From Octopus vulgaris (Eukaryota), in assembly GCA_951406725.2 (NCBI GenBank), contig OX597824.1:22568001-22632000 (forward strand): a DNA stretch of 64,000 nucleotides, read 5' to 3'. The notes beneath the pieces are model-generated. The model made no database searches, was not told the DNA's origin, and saw only the letters and a program-made list of their open reading frames with translations. Position numbers and translations under genes: made by a program. Shown here piece by piece: positions 1-12,790 of this stretch; the first letter of the stretch is position 1, and each line of letters starts with the position of its first letter.

Positions 1-55
<55 letters not shown>

Positions 56-57
56 CA

Positions 58-1688
58 CAGGGTTGGCCAAAAGTCACCCGGCAGTAAATCAAAACTTCCA
101 TAAATACTTAATATTCAATTTTATTTATTCAATCCAGTTATGAATGTTCGATAATTGAATGCTTTGAGTTAAAAATCACCAATATTTTTCAACATACGTC
201 TGTTTATTAGCGAGGTCTCATATAAAATAACTTTTGGTTTTAAAAGCCGTAAACATGAACAAACTGACTCTGCAACGAGGGAATCTTTGTTATTTGAAAA
301 ATACTACAAATGTGGCAATGCATAAAGCGTTCTGAAGAATGGATAAACGAGCATGGTGATGAAATAAATCCTCCACATAGAGATATTATTTATCATCTAC
401 GAGATTGAGTTCATAAAAATAGAACTGTGGCAGATTTACCATGATCGAGTAGGCCACGTAGTGTTAGAACCTGAAAAATGGCAGATTCTGCGGCTACTGT
501 TCATCACACAAAAAGCGTTGGCTGCGGGGTCACTCCGAAAAGCTCTATCTGCAACGATTTCATCTCAATCGAAGGAGAGGGGCTTTCTCCGTCCGGGTTG
601 CGGATCCGTGGAATAAGCTGCCGGATGAAATAGTGAAGATGCCGACAACCACTCGGTTCAAAGTCTCCCTTGACCACAAATGGCCTGAACTTTTTGCATG
701 AACACCAACCTGTACATAACTCCATGTCCCCCTACATGGCCTTGCTTTTTGTGCCAAAATTAACTTAACTTAACACAAAGTCCACAACAGAGCATTGATC
801 GACTAAGTGCCGAACTTGATATTTCAAGATCATCTCTTCAGAGAATTTTGCAAGAAAATGGCTAAAAAGCATACCACCCTAAGTTAATTCATGGTCTTGT
901 GGAGGACACAGATAGACAACTACAAAGGTGTCAACGGTTCATTAGCCAATTTGATAATGATTCTCAGCTATCCAATAAGATAATGTGGTCTGACGAAGCA
1001 TCATTCAAATTAAACAACATGATTAACCACCACAATTGTGTTATTTACGCTACTGAAAACCCAAATTTGACTTATGAACGACTGAATCAGCCTGGTTTCA
1101 CTGTTTGGGGAAGTTCTCAGTCCTGATGGGTTATTAGGCTCTTATTTCTTTATGAAACTGCCACTGGCAATAACTATTTAGAAATACTGAATGAGTATGT
1201 CTTTCTGCAGCTGCGAGACAAGCCGGACTTTAATACTTTGCTGTCCATGCAAGATGGTGCGCCTCCCCATTACACCAAAAAGGGTACGTGACCTGTTAGA
1301 CAATTTGCCAGCAGGTTGGACTGGACGTAGAGGATCTATTGAGAGGGCTCCATGTTCATGTGATCTCACACCAACAGACTTTAGGATCTGGAGAATGATG
1401 AAAGATTGAGTTTTTAACAGAAAACCAAAGACTCTAGCTAAGTTGCAAGCTGCTATAAGTACTAGATTCCAACTTATTAATGCAAAAAAGGTAAGTTGTT
1501 GTACTATCTGTAATTCTGTATTGACTCGAAGAGAAAAATGTGTCACCCACGAAGGACTTCAGTTAGAACAATGTTCATGATGCTTCATATTTAGATGCTT
1601 TTATTAAATTCATTCAGTTGTTAAACATAAATAAATCTTGGAATTAAATGGTTTTGATTTACTGTCAGGTGACTTTTGGTGAACCCTG
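58..1688 (+). mobile_element. Degenerate Tc1/mariner DNA transposon
   Basis: TIRs CAGGGTTGGCCAAAAGTCACC (58) and GGTGACTTTTGGTGAACCCTG (to 1688) in TA context. Broken transposase motifs IMWSDEASFKLN, QDGAPPHY and SCDLTPTDF. Confidence 0.9.
513..772 (+). mobile_element. CR1-type LINE 3' end nested in the Tc1/mariner
   Basis: Translates RGHSEKLYLQRFHLNRRRGAFSVRVADPWNKLPDEIV...FKVSLD (CR1 ORF2 C-terminus). Short (TTAAC)n tail; ACACAAA duplicated at 506-512 and 773-779. Confidence 0.8.
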
Positions 1689-1936
1689 TATATATATATA
1701 TATATATCACCCCTTCTATACATTGGTTCGTTAAAATAACAAGCCCTCAAATTGAAATCATATATATATACATATATACATATATGTGAGTGTGTGTGTG
1801 TGTGAGTGTGTATGCATATATAGATATAGATATCTTATATAATATATATATACACATACATACAATGTATAATCATATATATATATAAATATATAGATAT
1901 AGAGATAGATATATATATACATTCGCACAATGTATA

Positions 1937-1978
<42 letters not shown>

Positions 1979-1986
<8 letters not shown>

Positions 1987-2398
1987 TAATAAACACAATA
2001 TGTTTTTATGTGCTACTATTAGTTTCATGTGCTGAGAACATGCGAAACATTGTTTTATAACACATCTGGTGTCCCAGCACAACCATCAGATACTGCCAAC
2101 ATAGTATAATGAACTAAAAATGGGACAAGAAAAAAAGCAAAGAAAGGCAAGAATATATATAAAAAAAGTAGAAGGTTCATTTTCTGATTTTTTAAACTTC
2201 AACTTTTTATATATACTTCCTTCTTACCTTTTCTCACTTTTTTCCTGGTGTTCCTTTTTAGTTCATTACGCCATGTGTATAGTGTCTGATGATTGTGCTG
2301 GGACACCAAATGTGTTATAAAACAATGTTTGGCATGTTCTCAGCACATGAAACTAAGAGTAGCACATAAAAACATATATTGTATTTATCAAATAATAT
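1979..2398. repeat. Long imperfect inverted repeat of a Penelope-like end
   Basis: 1979-~2175 is the reverse complement of ~2194-2398 (e.g. TTTTATGTGCTACT..AGTTTCATGTGCTGAGAACATG versus CATGTTCTCAGCACATGAAACT..AGTAGCACATAAAA). Confidence 0.9.
2281..2366 (+). ncRNA. Type I hammerhead-like motif
   Basis: CTGATGA 2286-2292, stem II TGTGCTGGGA/TCTCAGCACA, GAAAC 2349-2353, GTA 2359-2361, stem I GTGT/GCAC. A U-U pair closes stem II. Confidence 0.65.
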
Positions 2399-2457
2399 TT
2401 ATCTCTCACAACATGGAGTACTTTTTTTGTTGATCTTACCATCATGGAACAATACAC

Positions 2458-2488
<31 letters not shown>

Positions 2489-2641
2489 CACACTCTGTAT
2501 ATGTGTTCATTAAAAAAAAAACAACAATCCCTTAGATTGAACTCAAGGAAAGATGGGGATCCTCATATACATATATATGTATATATATATATGTATACAC
2601 ACACACAAATATGAACCCACCTGCCCTGTGCCTTGGTTCTT

Positions 2642-3594
2642 TCAAACACACACTGGATTTGAGCCACGACTTGAGGCATATGTTACATCTGTCCAGTTGC
2701 TCACACAGTCTGTGACACCTTCAGACAATGAAGGCAAGAGGCTGTATCTGTTTTTATATCGCTGGTCATTGCGCTCATTTAGCATTGCTAGTTCAGAACT
2801 GACCTGTGACATTTCCGAAAACGAGTGTATATCGTTGAAATAATAGCATCGTTTGGACATGGAATCATCAAAATTCACATCGTGAAAGGAGTTTAGTGGT
2901 AATTTGGGGATATCAACAGTGCCGTCGAATTCTTCGTTTAATGCAGAACGGCAATCGCATTTGTCGTTTAATACGCCACAACGTGGCACCAAGTAACTGT
3001 ACTTCTGAGTGAACCACATTTTATTTTTTTCAAATTCAGCAGCTTTTTGAGCCGCCTGCTGTAGTGCCATTGAGGAAGTCGAACTATCAGAAGATCTCAA
3101 TGTTAATGTTTTGAGAACACTGTTAGGGGGAATACGATGGATATAGTAAACCAACTTCTTCAGGTCTCTGGTCAGGACGAAATTTTGAACCGAAGGAAAT
3201 TCAGTGAGAACATAACCCTCGGACAAGTGTTCCAAGCGGCACGAGATGTATTTCGAATGATATAACTGCAAGAGAGGACATTCTCTAATCATGGTAAGAA
3301 TTGACATCAGGACATTTTCATTTCGGTTGTCTCGTAACTGTGGATATTCTAAACCAGAAGCCCATGGTTCACTCTGGCGTTTAATGCATTCCGAATGTAG
3401 CAGTAAGACAAAATCACAATCAGCAACTGTCTTGTGTAACCATTGTTTTATCTCTTCCTCAGCGAATAACGGTGGATAAAGAACATGGCACTTGAAGTGT
3501 TGCAGGTATGTTGCCATGGCTTTGCCGACGTCAAGATGATGCTGGTGGTCGTGAGAGTATAGAAACAAGATTTTCTTGTCAGTTAGGCTTTCTC
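2642..3594 (-). CDS. IL17R-like: IL-17 receptor family gene, terminal exon (SEFIR domain and tail)
   Basis: Acceptor TTTTCCTTTCAG at 3595, phase 1. Uninterrupted frame with SEFIR motifs KILFLYSHDHQHH, CDFVLLLHSE, SKYISCRL, FVLTRDLKKLVYYIH, LQQAAQKAAEFEKNKMWF; stop at 2642-2644. Confidence 0.9.
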
Positions 3595-3793
3595 CTGAAA
3601 GGAAAATAAATAAATAATGAATTAAAAGAGAAAGAATATATAAACAAACGCAATAAAACAAATACTACAAAAAGTTTTTAAAAAAAATTTAAATCATTGA
3701 ATTTTCAGAAATCTTTCATCAGAGATGTAAATCTTTGTATACACACATACATGCCTTCTGTGTGTATGTGTATATATACACACACATATGTGA

Positions 3794-4490
3794 AGGTGCA
3801 TAGTGGGTAAGGGGTGGTTCTCATGATTGCAAGATCATAGGTTTGGTTCCCAGACTGGGTGGAAGAATGTGTTCTTGAGCAAAACACTTCATTTCATGTT
3901 GCTTCACTAAACCCATATATAAATGGGTAATCCTGTCACAGACCAGTGTTCCATGTGGGTGCCAGTAAGGCGATGCTGGTAACGATCCCACTCAAATGGA
4001 GTCTTTTACGTGCCACCGGCACAGAGGCCAGATAGCCGCTCTCGCAACGATCACGCTCGAATGGTGCTCTTAATACTCTACTAGCACGAGGCTCGTTGTG
4101 ATACCTGTGCCGGTGGCACATAAAAAGCACCATCCAAACGTGGCCGATGCCAGCGCCGCCTCGACTAGCTTCTGTGCCGGTGGCACATAAAAAGCACCAT
4201 CCGAGCGTGGCTGATGCCAGTGCCGCCTTGACTGGCTTCCATGCCGGTGGCATGTTAAAAGCACCAACCGATCATGGCCGATGGCAGACTCCCCTGGCAC
4301 CTGTGCCGGTGGCACGTAAAAAGCACCCACTACACTCGCGGAGTGGTTGGTGTTAGGAAGGGCATCCAGCTGTAGAAACACTGCCAGATCAGACTGGAGC
4401 CTGGTGCAGCCCCTGGCTTCCCAGACCCTGGTCGAACCGTCCAACCCGTGCTAGCGTGGAAAACAGACGTTAGACGATGATGATGATGAT
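3794..4490 (+). mobile_element. tRNA-SINE head fragment followed by RTE-LINE 3'UTR
   Basis: A/B-box-like head near 3794-3860. Internal GTGCCGGTGGCAC..AAAAGCACC repeats and tail GGAAGGGCATCCAGCTGTAGAAAC...(GAT)n, seen many times in the window (also 5430-5620, 9345-9486, 9608-9863). Confidence 0.75.
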
Positions 4491-5145
4491 ACACATGTGT
4501 GTATACATCATAATCTCAATAAATTCATTTTCAAAATTACTTTGATCTCCAATACAAAGTGAAATTGATTTGATGTCACATAATAAAAGGAAAAAAATTT
4601 AAACAAATAAAAGAAAAATGAATTAACATGATGCAACACAAAAAAAAACAAAAAAAAAAAACAATGTCTGTTCACTAAACAGAGAAAACAAAAAAATTCT
4701 AAAACGGCCAATTAAAGTGACATATAACGCCATAATTAAATATCTTAGTCACACCTATTTATTTAGCCTTACTTTGAAACTTACTGTTGGTTATATTATA
4801 ATTTACTATCACATTTACAATCAATAAATACTGTAATATCTACGGGGGGGGGGGGTTGGACAATCAGAGACTTCTCAGTTGCTAGAACTATTACAATTTA
4901 GGGCAAGATATGTGAAACTACCAAAGCAACTAATACTATGTAAATGTTATGTCAACACTAACAGATGCCTAAATGGCAACTGGTGGAACCGTGATCTGTT
5001 AATGGAGGACTTTCTGCGTTTATTTACATTTGTAGCATGTTGATATAACAGCCTTCATTCAGTGATGTTTAACATATGCCAAATTGCTTTCATTTTGTAC
5101 TGGAAGTGAAGGACATTTTGAAGACAAAGGCACAAAGCGAAAAAA

Positions 5146-5180
<35 letters not shown>

Positions 5181-5231
5181 TGTATATATACACACACATA
5201 TATATATGCATACTTATACATTTATATGTAC

Positions 5232-5265
<34 letters not shown>

Positions 5266-5380
5266 CTATATATATAATATATTTTGTGAAATTTGATTTA
5301 ATATATCTAAATTGAATTTTTCCCTGTAAGTTTGGAATAATATTCCCTCATAATATTATCATTAAACCCCTATCTCATTT

Positions 5381-5432
<52 letters not shown>

Positions 5433-5646
5433 CCTCCGTGCCGGTGGCATGTAAAAATCACCCACTCCACTCACAGAGTGGTTGGCATTAGGAAGGGCAT
5501 CCAGCCGTAGAACCATTGTCAGATCAGACTGGGCCTGGTGCAGCCTCCTGGCTACCAAGACCCCAGTTGAACCGTTCAACCCATGCTAGCATGGAATGCA
5601 GACGTTAAACGATGATGATGAATATATATATATATATATATATATA

Positions 5647-6436
5647 CACTACCGTCAGAAATTAATTAGCACCCTTGATTTGCTCACCATGAAGCATGGT
5701 GGGGGTGGTCTGATGGTGTGAGGGGCGTTCAGCTACAGTGGTGTTGGGCGGCTCTATGCCGTCGAAGGCAACATCAACGCAGCAAAGTACGTTGAGATAG
5801 TACGGGATACCTCTTTGGTGGCGAGGAGTACGTGCCGGCCAGTCACCTGACCTGAACCCTATTGAGAACCTCTGGAGTCGATTGGGTAGGGATTTGAATG
5901 TGCAGCAATACAGGAACCGACACGAGCTGTTTGGGGCACTTCTTGCTGCATGAGGGGCCATCCCTGCACAGTACCTGCAGGCACTGATAGACAGCATGCC
6001 GACCCGCGTAGCAGCTGTCATTGCTGCCAAAGGAGGTGCAACAAGATATTGACTAAATTTCACAATTAATAACAATTATGTGGTGTGCTGGGATATGTTT
6101 AACCCTTTAGTGTTCCAATTATCCTATCAAACATAATGCTTATTGATTCCCATTGATTTGAATTAATCATGCATTATCTCATATCTTCAAGATCTTGATG
6201 GTGTAATTACCTAATATAGAATAACATTGTAGGGTAGGTGTGAGAGCCTGGATCCAGTCAGTTTGAACATAAAACAGATGAAATATTTTGGCCGGATATG
6301 GCCGGTTTAAATACTAAAGGGTTAAATAAATTTTTGATTAAAAACGAGTTTGTTTCTGATAATAAGTTAATTAAATTAAGAAAATGTAAGAACAAGTAGA
6401 AATTTGAGAAGTGCTAATTAATTTCCGACGCAAGTG
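5647..6436 (+). mobile_element. Internally deleted Tc1 element
   Basis: TIRs CACTACCGTCAGAAATTAATTAGCAC / GTGCTAATTAATTTCCGACGCAAGTG, TA flanks, QSPDLNPIENLW motif. Confidence 0.85.
6103..6321. mobile_element. piggyBac-like MITE (TTAA TSD)
   Basis: TTAA-CCCTTTAG...CTAAAGGG-TTAA. Related copies at ~6809-7027, ~13120-13680 (split by an RTE-3'UTR copy) and ~61790-62427 (split by a SINE). Confidence 0.75.
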
Positions 6437-6517
6437 TATATATATACATACACATATATGTGTATACACACATGTGCATGTGCGCACACACACATCCATA
6501 TGCTCATACGCACAATA

Positions 6518-6610
6518 CAGATGTTGAAAAAAATAATGGCAACACCACTTTATATTTAACTATTTTTTCGTATTGGCAATATGACAAATTCAAAAGTGTT
6601 CTAGTCTGTA

Positions 6611-6645
<35 letters not shown>

Positions 6646-7997
6646 GTTCCTACACATTGTATTATCTATGTCTTATACTACTTGGTATAGCCTCTGGTTT
6701 TATTTCTTAAAATGCACAACCTGTCTGATTTCCACAGAAGACAAATGGTTGGAATGCGGATGGCTGGAGATTCACTAATTAAAACTGCCGAAACACTTCA
6801 TGTTTAACTCTCAAGTATTCGGATTACTCTGACAAATGTAAAGCTTGTTCGTTCATATTATTTTCCATTAATCATATACCATCTCATAGATTTGAGATTT
6901 TGATGATGTTACTGTCTATATTTAGATTGACATTGTAGGGTAGGTGTCAGAAGCTGGATCTGGCCAGTCTGAACATGAAACAGGGGGAATATTTGGGCCA
7001 GATATGGCTGGTTTAAATACTAAAGGGTTAAATGCAACAGTCTCAAAAACGATGTAAGCATTCCAAAATCAAGGAACCAGCTCAGGTAAGCAAAATTTTT
7101 GATGGAGGGTAAAGCTCTGAGAGAGGAATCATAGAATAGTGGAGTGTACTGTGTCTAGAAACCATGAAACTATAGAAGCAGAAATGACAGCAGAGCAAAA
7201 CCATCAGTTTGCCAATCTTGTGTCAGTTAAAACCATTCACTGTGAGTTCCATAATGCTGGATACCATAGGAGGGCTGCAACCGCTAAACTTGTCTTGTGC
7301 TCCTTCTACATTGATAAATGGGAAAAATGGTGTCTAGATAATTAGAAGTGGTCAAAGCTCAATAAAACAATGGCATCTTATTTGATGCACCACCATTCCC
7401 TCTTTCTCCCACTTCAGAATGGGTTTAAAACTAGAAACAGTCCAAGGATATCTTCAACCCTGAATGATTGACCCCCTCTCACATGAAGCTCCAATATGGC
7501 TTTTTGAAGATTTTGGGCAGCTACATCACAGAATTCTCTTGGCCCTTTAGCTGTTCTGTATGGCAGTGTTAATGCCAAAGATTATCTGAGTATTTTGACT
7601 GACCATGTCCATCCTACATTACAAATACTGAGCCCTGATGGTAGCAGAATCTTCCAGGAATATAACGCACAGATTCACTTGGCTAATGTTAGTCAAAATT
7701 GGTACAAAGATCACAAAAGTGAAGCTCAGCATTTGGATTGGCCCCTACATTCACCAGATCTCAATATAATCAAACATTTATGGTTCATTTTGGAGCCACA
7801 AGTGACTAAATGCTTCCCTCCACCACTGCTACTGAATTAGGTTTTACTTGAAGGACAGGTCAAAATACCTGTGACTTGTATGAGTCAATCCATTGACATA
7901 TTAAAGGTGTGATTGGCACCAAAGGAAAACCAATTCCATTTTAAATAATAACACTTGCATTCAACAAGGTGTTTCCAATATTTTGTCCAACCCCTAT
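6518..7997 (+). mobile_element. Degenerate Tc1 element
   Basis: IFQEYNAQIH and WPLHSPDLNIIKHLW remnants; eroded TIRs (AAATAATGGCAACACC / GGTGTTTCCAATATTT). Confidence 0.75.
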
Positions 7998-8129
7998 ATA
8001 TGTATGTGTGTGTATTGATATTAATATTATTTATGTACTAATGAGGATGCATGGCCTGGTGGTTAAAGTGTTGCACTCATGATCACAAGATTGGTTAGGG
8101 TTAGGGCCTGATGGATGGGCGAGAGGCTG

Positions 8130-9345
8130 AGTGTTACATAGAAAAAAATCAACCAACATGATTAAGAAGACAGCAGGGTGGTGGAGAAATCATGTTTTGG
8201 GCTGGTAAAGTTGAAGGAGACATTACAGGTCCATTTAAGGTTGCTGATAAGAGGTAGACCTGGGATAAAGTGGTGAAGCACGACCTTTGAACATTAGGCC
8301 TCACCAAGGAAATGACTAGCGACCAAGACTTTTGGAAATATGCTGTGCTTGAGAAGACCCGGCAAGCCAAATGAGACCATAACCTGTGGCCTATGCCAGG
8401 AGCATACCCAGCCCGCTTATGCGTACCTTTTCCTTCTTTGGACACTAAACTCTGCTTGTGAAGACCTGTTGAGGCAAGTGAAATCGAAATCAAAAGCACA
8501 TTCGACGACTGGCATACGTACTAGCAGGGTGCAAAGAGCACCATACGAACGTGATCGTTGACAGAGCAGCTAACCGGCTTCTGTGCCAGTGGCACATAAA
8601 AGGCACCATTCGAGTGTGATTGTTACCAGCGTCGCTTTACTGGCACTTGTGCCCTTGCTAGTAGGGTGCCAAGAGCACCAGCCGAGCGTGATCATTACCA
8701 AAGCAGCCAACAGGCTTCCGTGCCGGTGGCATGTAAAAGGGCACCATTTGAGCATGATCGTTACCAAAGTCGCCTTACTGGCACCTGTGCTGCTGGTATG
8801 TGTAAAAAGATTCAAGCAAGGTCATTGCCAGTACTGCCCGACTGGCCCCCGTGGCAGTGGCACGTATAAAGCACCCACTACACGCTTGGAGTGGTTGGCG
8901 TTAGGAAGGGCATCCAGCTGTAGAAACTCTGCCAGATCAAGATTGGAGCCTGGTGCAGCTATCTGGTTCGCCAGCCCTCAGTCAAAATCGTCCAACCCAT
9001 GCTAGCATGGAAAGCAGACGTTAAACGATGATGATAGATTCAAAATAAGTGCCGAAAATTATTGTAAGTTTCTAGATGACAGCTTCTTCCAGTGGTACTA
9101 GTCAACATTGTGAAGTTTCAAGTTAAAGAGCATATTTATGCGTGATAATGCTCCTTCACACTCTGCCAAACTCACTATTAACCATTCGGCTAAGAAAGGT
9201 TTCAAAGAACATAAAATAATGGGATGCCCTCCCCACATGTCTAGATCTAAATTCAATAAAGAATTTGTGGTCAATTACTAAAAATAAATGTATATTCTAA
9301 TGGTAAACAATATCCAAAGAAGGATTTATTATGGGAAGGATTTAT
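8130..9345 (+). mobile_element. Tc1 transposase remnant interrupted by an RTE 3' end (8252-9034)
   Basis: RRQQGGGEIMFWAG, then FMRDNAPSHSAK after the insert. The insert translates TWDKVVKHDL..SDQDFWKYAVLEKT and ends in the (GAT)n tail. Confidence 0.7.
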
Positions 9346-10140
9346 ATTAGGAAAGGCATCCAGCTGTAGAAACACTGCCAGATCAGACTGGAGCCTGGTG
9401 CAGCCTTCTGGCTTCCCAGATCCCCGGTCGAACCGTCCAACCCATGCTAGCATGGAGAACAGACGTTAAACGATGATGATGATGATTCGAAAGGATGTAA
9501 AATATATACATAATTGTTTGTAAATATAATTATATGGCAGAAGATATATGTATATATTAATGGTCTGGTTATGTATTGTTTTATATGTAAAACACATTAA
9601 ATGTAGTTTGTGCCGGTGGCACATAAAAAGCACCATCCGATCGTGGTCGTTGCCAGCCAGCCTGGCACCTGTGCCGGTGGCACGTAAAAAGCACCCACTA
9701 CACTCACGGAGTGGTTGGCGTTAGGAAGGGCATCCAGCTGTAGAAACATTGCCAGATAAGACTGGAGCCTGGTGCAGCCTTCTGGCTTCCCAGATCCCCA
9801 GTCGAACCATCCAACCCGTGCTAGCATGGAAAGCAGACGTTAAATGATGATGATGATGATGATATTTGTTAACTTCAGCCTTCATTACTTAAAACTATGA
9901 AATGTGATGGAAATCTGGCAACTTTTTCAAGCAGGCCAAGTGACCACATAGAAGTCCTTTGTTAGATTACATATTTATACTTTGTCTGAGTTAGCTCCTA
10001 TATATGCAATTGACTTGTTAATAAAATGCAGTGTTACAATAAACTAAGGCTAAATCATTTAAATTTGAAAATCTATACAACCCACACAGTTCTTGTGGAG
10101 CAATCCAATGGAACTAGCAGGTGTAGAAATAATAACTTAC

Positions 10141-10519
10141 TTGTTGTTGAACACATAAAACAGATGAAACTGATAGCCAGAAGTATAGCGACTGAACTGC
10201 CAACAACAGCCCACAAAACAGTTTTATTTTTGTCTTTGATTTCATTTGTATTTGATGTTGTTGAGGAATGCTGCAAAGATGAAGAATGTGACAATGGTTT
10301 TGTAATTTCTGTACGATTGCTTCGAGTCTGTGGTACAATGTTTTTAGTAATTCTTGCTGTAGTTGTAGAGCTCTTTTCAGGTGCTTGATTCTTTATAGTT
10401 GATAAATCCTTTCCAGATGGAAAAGTTACAGGTGAATTCGTTACTCTTTACAGGTACAGTCTTTACAGGTTTTAAAGTTTCAGGTTCCAAGTTAGCTGAG
10501 TCGTTACATTTAGAATCAT
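10141..10519 (-). CDS. IL17R-like: IL-17 receptor-like stalk and transmembrane exon (frameshifted as assembled)
   Basis: Acceptor TCTTTTTCTCTTCCAG at 10520 and donor GTAAGT at 10140, both phase 1. S/T-rich stalk, then VLWAVVGSSVAILLAISFICFMC, joining in frame to the SEFIR exon. Length 379 nt is not a multiple of 3. Confidence 0.8.
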
Positions 10520-10774
10520 CTGGAAGAGAAAAAGAGTAAAAATCTGTATTTTTTATTGTTTTCAGGTGCAAATTATTTACCTGGTAATCACGACTGACCA
10601 CTTTACCTATGATCACTACTTACTGTATTCTCTTTGTTGCTGTGGTGGTTGCTTGGTTCTGTTGTATACATGTTGCTGTTGATGATGAGGTGTGTGAGAT
10701 AACGCCATACAAATAATTAAATACGATTTTTATTTATGTCACATAAGCCATATTTCCAGTCGGTCGAGATTTAC

Positions 10775-10801
10775 AACAATCGTCACATCCAGCCGATGCA
10801 G
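10775..10801 (-). CDS. Possible 27-nt Cys-rich microexon (or disrupted longer exon to 10624)
   Basis: Acceptor TTTCTTACAG at 10802; phase-1 frame (T)ASAGCDDC; donor GTAAAT at 10774 is phase 1. The stronger GTAAGT at 10623 gives 178 nt with stops. Confidence 0.35.
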
Positions 10802-12384
10802 CTGTAAGAAATAGATTGTAATGTAGATGCTAAGCTGGATACTAAGGCTTGGTACTGGAGCTTGATTAAACATTAGAAGCTGTACACATCAGTTCATATC
10901 TACCAGATATAACAGATATCCAGGTTGAGCATGGAACCATTTAAACTGATTATGTTGAAAACAAAGGAGTGTGTGAAGCAGACCAGTTTGGCAAGCACTA
11001 CAAGTTGGTGCTCAAACGACCTCTATTTACAACCATTGTATCAAGAACATTCTTGAAGGATCTAGAATGAGTCATCATATGAAAACTGGCTGCTGATTGG
11101 CTAATAACAAAGCCTTTCCATATGAACAGGGTTAGGCAATGTCATGGCTTAAACTCCATAATGTGGAAACGCAGTTTCAAATCTCATTATACCTTCTACC
11201 CACATCACTATTCATCTGCCACTCACCCTGCCCAGTCCTCTTTACCACTTCTCTTATGTTCCCCTTCCTGTAATTTGAGGGCATGCCCAGACACATCTTT
11301 ACCCCCATCTTCTCTTGTCCAACTGTGACAAACCCTGTATCCCTTCTACAGCAAGACACCTGTTCCTTGGTCATATGTTAACCTCTACAGGCATAAGGGC
11401 ACTTCCCTCAATACTACACTCCGCCCCATTTGAAGGGAAGCTTGTTTTGCGAGTTAGATGGTGACACCACTACTGCCCCTACTACGCAATAAATATCCAG
11501 TACACTCTGTAAATTGATTGGCATTAGGAAGGCTATTCAGCCATAAAAATCATGCCACAGCATGTTGAAACATCTAACCCATGCTAGCATCTTAAACTAA
11601 TCTCAAATGATGATGATGTCATTGGTTTATTTCTTTTCTCAGACTAATCTCTCCATTTTATTCAATGTTTTGCCAATACAACCCTTCCATTGGTTTGCCC
11701 CTCAACCGACTTCAAATAATATTCTTAAGCTAAGCTATGGCTGAAACCAGGGTCTGCTATTTTAACCATTATCCTAGGAATGACATTTTGGGGGCACTTA
11801 TGCATTTGTTGCCATAATTTTTGACATATTGGGTCTGTGCCAGTATATGGTGTATGGAAATAAATGCTTCCGTTTAATTTTTAAAGGAAATGCTTTATCA
11901 GAACAGAAAAGTAGTGTCCAACGTCTAGGCCCTACATAAACCCATTTCTACCCCTAGGAAGAGATGGTCCATATTAGTCTGACCTTTATTCTCTTGACAT
12001 GAGAAGCCCTCCCCGGCACAGCTCTAGGAGCTATTGAGACACACAAACTACAGCACTGCAACTTTGTGGTGGGAACCAGCCCCTTTGATTCCTAAGGGTA
12101 AAATTATAATGAAAGGTTCTAATTTAAATACAAATATTTTATAACAAAACAGCTTGTATCACCATGACATCAGTTGTAGATTCAGTTGGGGTAGGTAACA
12201 GGGTGTGTGTGATCAACAAAAGTATTGCTATTTCAATTTTCAGTGGAATTTACCTTGAAGACAGCAAACTAACAATCATTAGAGTGGAATCTCTGATAAG
12301 ATTTGTTCCAAGTGACTTTTTTCTGGGTCTTGTAGGTTCACCGCAGCGGCCAGCTGGATGGAGTGAAGCAACATAGAATGAAAT

Positions 12385-12790
12385 ACAGTTCTATACTTAA
12401 GAGACAAGGAATTATGTACATTATTTACGTTCGATGGATATTTACATTATTTACATTATTACATTATTTACATTCGACGACCGGTATTATGGAAGGATAG
12501 AAAAATATTAGATTTATAAGCCCTAAAATTCACTCCATAATTGCCTATGGGCATATGGTGTAGTGGTTAAGAGCGTGGGCTACTAACCCCAAGATTCCGA
12601 GTTCGATTTCAATAACAATGATAATAATAATAATGATAACATTGAAAAATACCTTAGAAATGAGAACCCAGGTTCAAAATTTCCCCAAGACACCTGAAGA
12701 AGGTTGAAGCTTATATCAGCCGAAACGTTGTGTTAACAACAAACAAGATGAGGACAAATATCCGTCAAATGTAAATAATGTAAATAATTT
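12385..12790 (+). mobile_element. tRNA-headed, hammerhead-containing non-autonomous retroelement
   Basis: TSD ATAGAATGAAAT at 12373-12384 and 12791-12802. tRNA-like head 12549-12610, (AAT)n, hammerhead 12689-12734, and a tail whose inverted copy lies at 12385-12478 (same tail at ~63210-63283). Confidence 0.8.
12689..12734 (+). ncRNA. Minimal type I hammerhead ribozyme
   Basis: Stem I GACAC/GTGTT, CTGAAGA 12694-12700, one extra A, stem II GGTTGA/TCAGCC, GAAAC 12722-12726, palindromic AACGTT, NUH = GUU. Confidence 0.8.

Noticed and set aside
3595-3661. N-terminal hydrophobic stretch of ORF 2642..3661 as a signal peptide or TM
   Set aside because: It is the polypyrimidine tract of the intron; the exon starts at 3594.
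4785-4830. Possible small exon with a GTAAGT donor between the TM and SEFIR exons
   Set aside because: 46 nt with a stop in phase 1; the 21-nt alternative lacks a pyrimidine tract; the flanking exons already join in frame.
12549-12610. Functional tRNA gene
   Set aside because: No 3' acceptor stem or terminator; it runs into (AAT)n inside a TSD-bounded insertion.
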